A stretch of DNA of 64,000 nucleotides. Source: Octopus sinensis (Eukaryota). The notes under the pieces are model-generated. The model did not search any database. It saw only the letters and a list, made by a program, of their open reading frames with translations, and was not told the DNA's origin. The stretch is from contig NC_043010.1 in NCBI RefSeq assembly GCF_006345805.1, positions 30,876,001-30,940,000 of the forward strand. The letters run 5' to 3'. Position 1 is the first letter of the stretch, and each line of letters begins with the position of its first letter. The position numbers were made by a program, and so were the translations under genes. Shown here in pieces: positions 37,831 to 49,735 of this stretch.

Positions 37831-37959
37831 TACACACAGACGCACACACGCACGCGTGCACACACACACACATACATATGCGTATATATGTATGTCTGTG
37901 TGTATATATATACACATATATGCATATACATATATATATGTATATATATATGTGTATAT

Positions 37960-38011
<52 letters not shown>

Positions 38012-38475
38012 CATATATATGCATTTGCATATTTATTATGAATCCTCTAATCCTTAAAGAATATAAAATTTACATTGTATATCGTGTACTTATTCTTTCG
38101 TCAGTTAAATTTGTGTGTGCGAGTACCTGTGAGTGTGTTTCTGTATGTATGTTATGCATGTATGTACATATTACTGGTTGTATATAAATGCACATGTTGG
38201 GCATTGTCTGTGAACTCGCGAGAGACGAATTGTGGACTGGAATCTTTGCTGCAGATTAGTTATCAGAAAAGGGAACTCTGGCCAGACGGGAAAGAGACCC
38301 GGGCTTAAATAGTGGACCGCTCCTTCCTTGATGTTGTGGATGTTTAATACATTATAAACAACACTTCCAAAACATCCTCATTTGTGGTTATTTTTATGTA
38401 AAGCTTGACAAAAGCTATACATGCGTATTTATTCAGGAGTGTGAATACTACATATAATTTAATTTTTCATTTTAG

Positions 38476-38531
38476 GTACATTCTACTTGCTGGCCTCAAT
38501 TGTGGTTATTCCGGCGACATACAGATCCTGA
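38476..38531 (+). CDS. SLC16 family gene, probable terminal coding exon (TM12)
   Basis: ttttcattttag|GT ACA TTC TAC TTG...TGA; completes the Gly codon and gives hydrophobic TFYLLASIVVIPATYRS*; AATAAA at 38589-38594. Confidence 0.7.
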
Positions 38532-38711
38532 TTCTCCATTATCTCCAAAGAAACATACATACCTGTGACATACCTGTGATTTGCTCAAAATAAAACGTAA
38601 AAAGAAATATTCTATAACAGTGATTCATCTCATTAAATTACAATTTGATTATTCATATTTAACAAAGTCTCAATTTATGTCATAAATTAGTTTTCTTTGT
38701 CACTATCATTA

Positions 38712-39140
38712 AGCGGTGAGCCATCAGAATGATTACAACGCCGGACAAAATGTTTATCGGCATTTCTTCCGGCTCTTTACGTTCTGGGTTCAAACACTGC
38801 CGAGGTTGACTTTACCTTCCATCCTTTCAGGTTTCATGAAATAAAAAACGGTTACACATTGGAATTCATGTTATCAACTTAACCCATTCCCCCTAACAAC
38901 TGCTGGCCTTGTACCAAAACTTGAAGCCATAATTATCATTATTACGGTGGCGAGCTGGCAGAATCGTTAGCACGCCGGGCAAAATGCTTAGTGGCATTTC
39001 GCCCATCCCTACATTCTGAATTCAAATTCCGCTGTGGTCGACTTTACCTTTCACTGTTTTGTGAAACACTGGGTTTGATTTAATCGTCTAGACCCCTTCT
39101 GCACAAATTTCAGGCCTTGTGCCTTTAGTAAAAAGAATTA
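38712..39140 (+). mobile_element. Two adjacent OK-type SINEs
   Basis: AGCGGTGAGCCATCAGAAT... and GGTGGCGAGCTGGCAGAATCGTTAGCACGCCGGGCAAAATGC... Confidence 0.8.
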
Positions 39141-39684
39141 TCATTGTTATTGTTGAGAGCGAAAAAAAAATAAAGTCTTTTATTTTACATGTTTGTTTTA
39201 TTTGTTTTCACTCACTGGTAACTGCATGTCTTCTTCCTTGTCTAGTGAACACGTCCACCAGAATTTTTAACAGGTTTTTAAATATTTTGCAAACATGAAC
39301 ATAATTTGGATTACAAATTTAATAAATATAAACAACATAAAAACAGTTTGACATAAAAAGACAAATACTTATACTATGCAAAAAATGGTGTTTTAACAAA
39401 CAACCAATCAAGGCGGCATCAAAGGCAGCCAATCTTTTAATAATGTTACCGACGTAAAAGTTATTTTAAATATGAGTCAACTTCCTGAAAAACAATTACA
39501 TATGATATCAAATAAACCATATACCATCTGCCTCCTTGACTAAGAATTTTATAGGAGAAAGGGACAGGAGAGAAGTTACATCTGTCTGCTTTTCAAAGAG
39601 GAAGGACTTCAGCGTGCCTTCAACGGAACTACTGAAAGACGCCTTGTTTGATATATGAATTTTGTGGTTTGTATTGACCATGAT

Positions 39685-40767
39685 CAGGGGTGGCCAACCT
39701 GAGGTTCGCGGGACTTTTATCTTGCGGCCCGCTTGATACTTTCTTGAAAGGGGTTTATTTAAACAAACATTCAAAAATGTTATCAAAAATTAATGATTCT
39801 AATGAAAAGTAAAAAAGTAAGATACTACCGTTTTTGCAAAGATACTATTTCGTGTTGAATCAACGATCATTTATTCATCATTGTGATAATAGCATGAGAA
39901 AGCAAAATGCTTTCAATTCTGTCAGTAGTGCTCTATTCTCGTAGTACGTGTATGTAGCTTGCAAGTGTCAATTGAACATCTTCTTTGCTATTTTTTTTAT
40001 ATGTTCACACGTTTATGTACACACTTTAAAATAAGTATTCGAAATTAAAAAGTTATCACGATGAATTTGATAATTGTTTCACTGATTTAAAAGAAAAAAC
40101 ATTAAAAAATTTGAATTTTTTTTCTTTTCCATTTGATGTCGATGTTGAGACTGTTCTTGAAAATCTGCAAATGGAAATGATTGAATTGCAGTGTAATATG
40201 GAACTTAGACTTCTTTTAGAAAAAAAACTTCAAGATAGGACTTTTGCAAAAATTTAATCACATTTGAAAAATATCCTAATTTGAGAGCCTTTTCTCAGAG
40301 AATTTTGAGTGCTTTTGGCTCCACTTATACATGCGAAAAGGTTTTTCAAAAATGAAGTTTGCAAAAAATTAAACGAGAAGCTCAATAACCGATGAAAATT
40401 TAAGCAGTCAACTGCGCTGTCCAGTGAGAAACCTTGAAATAGTTTTGAAGAAAATAAGTAAAAAAAAAAAAAACGAAAATATCTCATTAAATTATAATTT
40501 TGATACTTGTTCTATTTTTATTGCATCCTTTATTGTAATTAATTTCAAAATAAAATTATGTAAAATACTTGTTTGAAAATAATTTTAAAATTTTTAAGTA
40601 GCAATAAAGCCTACAATTTTATAATTCTAAACAAACGAAAAATATGAAAAATTCTTGATTCTGTAATTTGATTATTTGACTATTAGTGCATAAAGTATAC
40701 AAGCGGTCCTCAAAAAACTTTCTGTGATTAAAGTGGCCTGCAATGTAATTCAAGTTGGCCAGGCCTG
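39685..40767 (+). mobile_element. Internally deleted hAT (Charlie-like) element
   Basis: TIRs CAGGGGTGGCCAAC / GTTGGCCAGGCCTG; 8-bp flanks ACCATGAT/ACCAAAAT; transposase C-terminus LQMEMIELQC..YPNLRAF..FGSTYTCEKVF..ITDENL at about 40140-40430. Confidence 0.85.
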
Positions 40768-41392
40768 ACCAAAATAGTGTGTATGAGGCTACATGGTTTT
40801 CATTGATCGAGAAAGCATACAAAGGATTACATAAAAACTACTTGCCTAGTCTTCATGATTCAGAACGAAATTGGATTGGTATGCCATATTCCTGTCTAGA
40901 AGCAGATGCAACAATACATGAAAATATAACAGCAAAAATACTGGTAGTGACGTTGACTTTTGGATTATCATCACATTCGGGACACAGTACGGAATGCGAT
41001 ATAGCATAGAGAGTCTAGATAAAAAATCGATAAACCGATCCGTAATAAAATTGGCTACACCCTATTTTCAACCATAACTTTTACCAATTCTGATTTATTT
41101 TGTTCAAACTTGATGCCAGCATTACTTAGCATTCATGGGATCTTTCAATACTTTAAGGTCTCTAAAAACAAAAAAAAATCGATGTATGGAAAAAAATCGA
41201 TAAACCAATTCCTTATGGGATTCCCCAATCAAGTGGTCTGCAACAAATTTTCAGCCAAAAGTTTACCAATTCAACGTATTTCGCCCAAATTTGACGTCGA
41301 TGTTACTTAGTTTGGTTTGAAATAATGAACTTGATTTAGCTTAATAATCCTAACTTAATCCTCGGCAAAGCCGGGCTATACTGCTAGTAACA

Positions 41393-42321
<929 letters not shown>

Positions 42322-42323
<2 letters not shown>

Positions 42324-44376
42324 GAGAAAGAAGCAACAAGAATGGATTAGTTTTTAGTACAATTGTTTCATACAAAGACAGGCTTTATTACAAGTTGCAA
42401 AAATTGCAGCAGATAGAAGTGTCCCGTACTCATCAGCTAAAATACATATGAGTTCTCCAAACATCTTAGTGGGTGAGGTTATACTCATGAAATATTGGAG
42501 ATAATTTCATTAAAGGCAGATATAGGTTGCAAACAGATTTCCAAAGTTCCTTAATGATGATGCACAGTCTTATCACAGATTCTTAAAAGCTTATTAGTTT
42601 CAAAGAGAAGATGAATTAATCCGTAGTGTAGATTTAAATTTCCAGAGATATGAGGAGGATGGTGCACAGACTTATCACAGGTTTTTAAAAGCTTATTAGC
42701 TTCACAGAAAAGGTGAATTAATCCGTAGTGAAGATTTAAATTTCCAGCGATATGAGGAGGAATTTCATACTCACAGACGATGAATTTAACCATTGTTAAT
42801 CCACAATCATTTCATGCTATATGATAAGGTATTTGCCACATTACTGCTCTCCATGCAAAACTGCTATGTTAAGATTTCTAAAAGCTGAAGGAATTTATTT
42901 GTGGAGCAAAGAAAATAAAGAAAAAAGAAAAGAGACAAGGAAAAAAGAAAAAGAAAAAGGAGAAGAAGAAAGAAGGAAAAGAAAAAGAAAAAAGAAAAAG
43001 AAAAAAGAAAAAGAAACGGGGGAGAAGAAAAGAAAAAGAAAAAGAAAAAGGAAAAGAAAAAGAAAAAAGGGGAAGAGGGGAGAAAATAAAAGGCGCCTAT
43101 ATAGAGTATACTGTGACCACTTAGAGGGAGGGGGTTCTAAAGTGACCAAATACAGAAGAATTTGTAGACAACTTAGTTAGCTTGAATCAATAAGAATCCA
43201 AGAACTATGAGGAGAAAAAATTATTTTTGACCAGTAAACAGCTATTTACTATCAACCTGACGTAGATGAAAGCAGATATGAATCTAAAGAGAATTTAAAG
43301 AGATAAACAAGGTCAGGGGTAGAGGGGTCAAAAGCTATCGTCAAAAGGAAATACATTAAGAGAAAAGATCTAAGTGCAACCCTAACCAGAGGTCATTTAA
43401 ATTTATTTATTTATTTATTCCTGTTACTGTCTTAAAATTGTTGCCGTTACTATCAATACATTAACAGACTACCGGTCAAAACTTAGAATTTAATTAACAA
43501 GGTGTGATGGAATTGTATATTATATTGAAGTTTCTCATACTATTTTCAAGGGAGTATCTTTACTTATTTAATTTTGTAATAGAATTGTTAAGCCTTAGTA
43601 ACTTATTTTATTAAAGTTGTGTTACCTAAACTAGATTAAGTTCAAAAAATAAAATTAAAAATTAAGATTTAAGAATTAAATAAACTCTCATTTAAGCAAC
43701 GTACGAGTACTATTTATTTCCCAATGCTCAAAATCAGGTGCAGTTATAAAGAAAAAGATAACTATAGTGTGAGAACTCGCAGTTATCCACTTAAAAGTAA
43801 TGCTATACTAGTAAAAACCCAGTTATATTTATCTACCTATCTTGTTACGATTATTCTATACAGTTATTCATTTAAAATATTTTAGAGTCTTCAATTTAGC
43901 GTGGACACAAACTTGTCCTACTTCAATATGGTTATTTAACAAGCTTCTATTTTTTCTATGCCTTAGAATTTCATAGGTCTCCATGGAGCAGAGTTGGCAA
44001 CCAACCTGCTATTTTTATACGGCATTGCTCTCCTAACTATTTCCCAATTAAGGTTATAATTCCTGTTATTATTTTTGAGTTCCCAGATCTTACTTGAAAG
44101 TGTGGTGGTACCAGCTTTATGACGTAATCTAAAAGATGAGACGTGATTTCTAACTCTTTTATTAAAATTTATTGTACAACCAATGTAAAAAAATTTGTTA
44201 TTCTCAGTAGATATGGTACATTTATAGATTACGTTATTTTCCCCGCAAAGACCAGGTGCCGGGCATCTTGACTTAATTCTACACTTACACGCAGGAGGAA
44301 CAACTTCAGAAGTTGGATTATTCATGGGTAGATGTCTTATGTTCCTGTTATTTTGATTATCATGAGTATAATTATC

Positions 44377-44409
<33 letters not shown>

Positions 44410-45425
44410 GTTGTTGCTGTTATCTAAAGCATTGTTATTATTTATTGATCCTTTTGCTCCATCTTTTAGGTCTAAAGTCCTACCATGATTATTTACATTA
44501 TTGGTAATGTTATTATTATTGTTAGTATTATTATCAAACTGTATATTGTTGCTATAGATATCACTGATATTTTCCTTCTCCGCGTTTTCTCTATTAGCCT
44601 TACTTCTATTATTAACATTATTACTTCTATTAGTATCGGTATTATTATTACTCTTATTACTGTTAATATTATTATTAGTCGTTCTGTGGTTACTGATTCC
44701 ATCCATGTTTTGATAGTTACTATTGTTGCGTTTATTGTTGTTAGTATTGTTATAATTGTTATTGGTATTCATGTTGGTATTATTATTTTTATTTTTATCT
44801 TTCCTGGCTAGTTTAATGTTGTTATTATTAATCTTAGCTATTAAAGTGGACATATTTGGGAGGGTTGAGTAAGAAATTCTAACTGTTTTCTTAGAAATAA
44901 TTCTATGATATCTATGAGAGATTGAGAAATTTTTTTCTAGAATTACTTTGAATTTGCTCTGTATATCCGATTGAATCGCACAGTTGAAAGGAATATTCAG
45001 CCATAATATATCTTTTTTATTTTTATTTCTATTAAATTTCCTTGAATTAGAATCAGAGTTCGTAGAATTATTATTATTCATCTTATCAAAGTCATTGTAC
45101 TTACTACTATTATTTGTGTGCATCTTTGATTTATCTAATTCCATTTTATCCGAGTTACCTATGCTTTGGTTTTTACTTCTATTTGAATTATTGGGCTTGT
45201 ACGCTAGATTTGCGGTTACCGTGAATCTATTTCTACTTCTATTTCGGGCCTGGTCTATATTGCTGCTTATGTGATTACTGATAACTTCTTTATTAGGAAT
45301 ATGTAAGTTCCCCTTATCAATGAATGTAATCTTTTGGTTGTATCCTGCCTTAGTTAACGCCGTATTATAATGCTCAGAATGAGAGTTAAATATATCCTTA
45401 TTTGATGATAATTTTGAAATTCTTA
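42322..45425 (-). mobile_element. 5'-truncated Penelope-like element (thumb, Asn-rich linkers, GIY-YIG, long 3' region, hammerhead)
   Basis: Open frame from RISKLSS..HYNTALTKAGY through ISYSTLPN to CKCRIKSRCPAPGLC..IY..YIGCT..HVSSF; one frameshift near 44000; ends LKYFK* at 43868; both ends abut TA-type repeats. Confidence 0.88.
42352..42442 (-). ncRNA. Type I hammerhead ribozyme with long stem II
   Basis: TTTTAG-CTGATGA-GTACGG...TTGTAT-GAAA-CAATTG-TA-CTAAAA; 6-bp stem I; palindromic stem III ACAATTGT. Confidence 0.85.
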
Positions 45426-45977
45426 ATATATAAATATATATACACATATATATATGTATGTATGTATATATATGTATATATATATGTATGTATATATATA
45501 TATAAATTGAGATAGGGGTTGTAAATGCAACCCTCCATGGGATAACATATATCCAATATACTGCTAGTGAAGTACCCAACAAAGTTAATACATAAATGTT
45601 AATGATTGCGATGCAATCAATTCATTTACTGTATTATATGGGCAAAGGTAAAATGATTTACCACAAATTACTAATACAGGATAAGAAAATGGAGAAATAC
45701 ATCTAAAGCAAATATCAATTACCAGATAATACTCAATCACATACTTTATTAAACCACCACATAAGAGACTGTAGGGTTAAATATAAAAAGCAGAACAAAT
45801 CAGTGTACATAAAGGAATGTACATAAAAAAGTGTACATAAAAGAGTAATGTTGTATAATAAGTAGAATACATATAAAAGAGAATATAAATATAAGTATAG
45901 ATTACATCTTACAGCTGTTTCGGCCATATATGTATATATATATATTATGTATAAATAAATATATATATATTATATAT

Positions 45978-46062
<85 letters not shown>

Positions 46063-46671
46063 GTTTAAATATTTGTTGTGCAAGATTTTTTTATGTGAAG
46101 TCGTGTGTTGAAACAGATATTGTTATTATATATATATAATTTGGGATATTTACAATAGAAAAGCAACTCCTATTTTAGGATAACCTCATGGTACGGTTAT
46201 ACGCAGAGAAAATTACATCAAATAAAATATTTTAAATAACATACAATAAAATTAGTTAAATAAATATATCTTACCCGTTGTTAATCTGTTGGGTAAGACG
46301 GTAGTACAAGTAATCGCTGCACGTGTTTATGCGCTAGTGGGTGTGTGTATTAAGGTTATACTTAATACATAAATCCACCAGTGCATTCTCAAGCAATGTA
46401 TGTTATTGTTATGTACGGGTAAAAGTTTAAATATCATATTAGAATAAAAATTACAAATATATTTTTAAAATACTAAATATCTAAAGTACAATTAAGATAT
46501 ATATTGAAAATGCTCTACCTAAGGAAATTATTAACGAGTAAATTAAAAACATATCAAATATTATATTTCTAAATAAATATTATAGAAATTAATAATTTGG
46601 TGTAAAATATACCCCTGTCAATACTGGTATAATAAAACATATTTTTATGTCAAATGTTATTTAATAAAGAG

Positions 46672-46692
46672 ACTTAGTAATTTTAATATTTC

Positions 46693-46745
<53 letters not shown>

Positions 46746-46759
46746 CACATATATACATT

Positions 46760-46791
<32 letters not shown>

Positions 46792-46820
46792 AATGTATAT
46801 ATGTGTATTTATATATATAT

Positions 46821-46856
<36 letters not shown>

Positions 46857-46880
46857 ATAGAAATATTAAAATTACTAAGT
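46672..46880. repeat. Near-perfect palindrome of about 209 bp built around (TA)n
   Basis: ACTTAGTAATTTTAATATTTCTATTATA...AAATACACATATATACATTT...AAATGTATATATGTGTATTT...TATAATAGAAATATTAAAATTACTAAGT. Confidence 0.9.
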
Positions 46881-46884
46881 AATC

Positions 46885-47291
46885 AAACTGCCAATCAAAC
46901 TCCCAACCCATGCGTTCCCGTCGCGAAATTGATTACGCAGAACTGGGTTGGGTGTGAAACCAAAACTCAATAAACGAGATTTATGTGTATTTTCAAAATC
47001 ATGTTATTTTGCGGTCAAATTCGAGTTTTTCGCTTTTTTCTACCTCCTTTTTTGTCCGACTAATGGCATGGGCACAGTCCCGCTAATTTTCCATGATTAT
47101 GCCTTTCCGAAGTCCAATGAATATTAATTACTCTCATAAAAAGCTCCAACTAGCTCATAAGCAACAAAACTGGCCCGGGCTGAAATGTGATAAGAAATTT
47201 AGCTCTTGATTTAGTGGGAAATTTTTACTGCGACCTGGCAACGAACAAAAGGCACTAGCACTAGACCCGGCAACGCCGGGTCATAGTACTT

Positions 47292-47292
<1 letters not shown>
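46885..47292 (+). mobile_element. Helitron-like non-autonomous element, 3' end
   Basis: Terminal GC-rich hairpin GACCCGGC-AAC-GCCGGGTC (47264-47282) about 10 nt before CTTG|T; the 5' boundary is uncertain. Confidence 0.55.
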
Positions 47293-47349
<57 letters not shown>

Positions 47350-47350
<1 letters not shown>

Positions 47351-47484
47351 GATAATAAAACACTTTCAATGCAGTGAAAATTAGAGCACCACGACAAACC
47401 ACAGTACATATCCAAGGCCCACAGCTGTGCTCGGTAGTGTAGTGAAAGCACGTGATAAAAATAAGACTACGCAATAAAAATTTA

Positions 47485-47490
<6 letters not shown>
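47350..47490 (+). mobile_element. About 140-bp 5'-truncated copy of the R4 3' end
   Basis: CACTTTC..GAGCA.CAC.ACAAA.CACAG.ACATA.CCAAGG..CTCGGTAGTG.AGTGAAAGCACG matches the reverse complement of 2277-2400; (TAA)n on both sides. Confidence 0.85.
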
Positions 47491-47543
<53 letters not shown>

Positions 47544-47549
47544 TTAAAA

Positions 47550-47885
47550 TAATAACCATCGATCCTGTTGTCTCCATATGCAGTCTACTTGCGCCTAGGG
47601 GGTATCTCAACAGGCATGATAGAGCAGCACAGTATATTCACTGGGTAATTTGCAAAAACTTGGACCTACCCATGATAAAAACTGCTGGGAACACAAACCA
47701 CCTCCAGTGCATGAAAATGACCACATCTCACTCCTCTGGAACTTCACCGTTCAAACTGACAGAAAGAAAAATGCGAATAGGCCAGACATTATATTTAAAG
47801 ACTTCAGACAAAAATCATCCCTCCTCATCGATATGACTGTCCCAATCTGTCAAAACGTACTACAAAGCAAAAGTCAAACATATAA
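47550..47885 (+). mobile_element. Second-family R4/RLE fragment
   Basis: YLNRHDRAAQYIHWVIC..WEHKP..LLWNFTVQTDRK..ANRPDII..LIDMTVP; starts right after (TAA)n. Confidence 0.8.
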
Positions 47886-47896
47886 CAACAACAACG

Positions 47897-47933
<37 letters not shown>

Positions 47934-49160
47934 ATGCCCTGACGCAATACCAAGTAGTGGTTCTCATGGCTTTTGATCTTAACTAATTAGAAGTGTTATC
48001 ATGTATATGTTTTGTCTTGGCAAATATTCTGCCCAATACCACAATTTAGCTTATCAGTTGTTTGAACTTAACCAGTTGAGTATGTCCCTTAGTGGCTGCT
48101 GATATGAGCATCTCTAATCACGAGCAAATGTAGTGGTAGAGCGTCACAACAATGTGTTGAGAAGGATGTTTTGAGGTTTTAATAATTCGCCTCTAGAAAC
48201 ATGGGTGTTTCATTCATCATCCTTAAACTTTATTCAGAGACTTTTTGAGTAGGATGGACTACTCGACCTAAAGAAAATTCTAACTGGACTCCACCTGTAA
48301 GGTTATGCGCTGTTTATCTTGATATGCGATCGCTGTGTTGCGCACATCTAATACAATACATCAGGTCGCACACCGACGTATCTGAAAACAATTTCAAAAC
48401 AAACAACCACCCACAACACATAAAAGTAGTACATACCACACAAAACATACACAGATTAATGCAATCTCTCTACTCTAATGCAGTAGGGAGATTTTAAAAA
48501 TATTTGTCTAAAAAACTGTATAAAAATCTCGAGACTTTCGAAACAGTAAGTGACTCTCTTTCTCTCTCTTCCACTTTCTGTTTTCGCTTTGACACGTGAG
48601 TAGAACTCATGTCTGGAAACCTTGTGACATACTTAGATTGTTGAAAAATAATTCGATGATAGGGCCCTTCCAATGGATCCTTATATCTACTACATATTAC
48701 TAATATTTTGTTTAAACAACCCAAGGGAAATAACCAACACTATTGTAGCGGAGCGATTAATATTTGATTCTCACGGCCAGCCGACCTAATTCTGCATTTC
48801 ACTACTCACAGTTTTGAACTGCTAAACATTATTGTTGCACTTCCTTAATTTGAATCTTAAACCTTAAAGACTTCATTCATACATAATTTTTTGAATGCCC
48901 ATTACTCTAATGATTCTGCATTTTTACTGTTATACTTTTTCCATGAAAATAGATAAATTTTTTATTCCACAACGTATTTGTAGTGGCTTCATGCAGGCAT
49001 AACGTGGATTCGATCCTCGATTGCTAAATTTCACATAATATTTCAACAGCGCTTTTCTCACGGTAAAACAAGACTGTCTGCAAATGTGCACGCGCATTCA
49101 ACTGTCAAGGGTAAAATTATCTCCGTCCAATCAAAAATAGCTGGCAGTCTATTGGCGTAT

Positions 49161-49430
49161 CTAGCTGTACGCACGCACCGCGTACAAATTTCTATGTTTT
49201 AGCGATTTTGAATGGATATGTCCATAACTTATGGGCATAAGGGGTCAGTTTATCGATTTTTTTAATGGCTTTCTGGGGTGACTGGGGAAATGAAAAGATC
49301 TTCACGACAACCCTCAGACAGTTTTGAAAGCCCATAGAAAATGCGAGCCTTTTACGTGAAAAGTTGTGGATTTGTATAAAAGACACACAGACACACATAC
49401 ACAGACATTTTGCCGTTTATGGATATAGAG

Positions 49431-49431
<1 letters not shown>
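49161..49431 (-). mobile_element. Small Helitron-like element (about 270 bp)
   Basis: 5' A|TCTCTATATC start at 49431; 3' hairpin GTACGC-GGTGCGT-GCGTAC followed by CTAG at 49161. Confidence 0.6.
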
Positions 49432-49486
<55 letters not shown>

Positions 49487-49735
49487 CCTATATTTGCAGC
49501 TCGGTGTGACCTTAAAAATCTGGCATCGCCAGTTGGCATCATTAGGCAGTGGCCGGCATAATAGAATAGGAGCTATTATATGCATATTCAAAACATTTCC
49601 TGTAAATGAACTTAAAGTATATATATAACGGGAAAGTTTACGAAAATAAACAAAAGATGAAGGCAGGTGGAGTATAAACAAACAAATGTATTAGTATAGC
49701 GCTCAGGAATAGAAATAGAAAAAGTATTTTACGTT

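Noticed and set aside
42551-42793. C2H2 zinc-finger array
   Set aside because: The period is 34 aa, not 28, and Cys-His spacing does not fit.
45905-45927. Complete ribozyme on the - strand
   Set aside because: Only the 3' half (GGCCGAAACAGCTGTA) survives; the 5' half is replaced by (TA)n.
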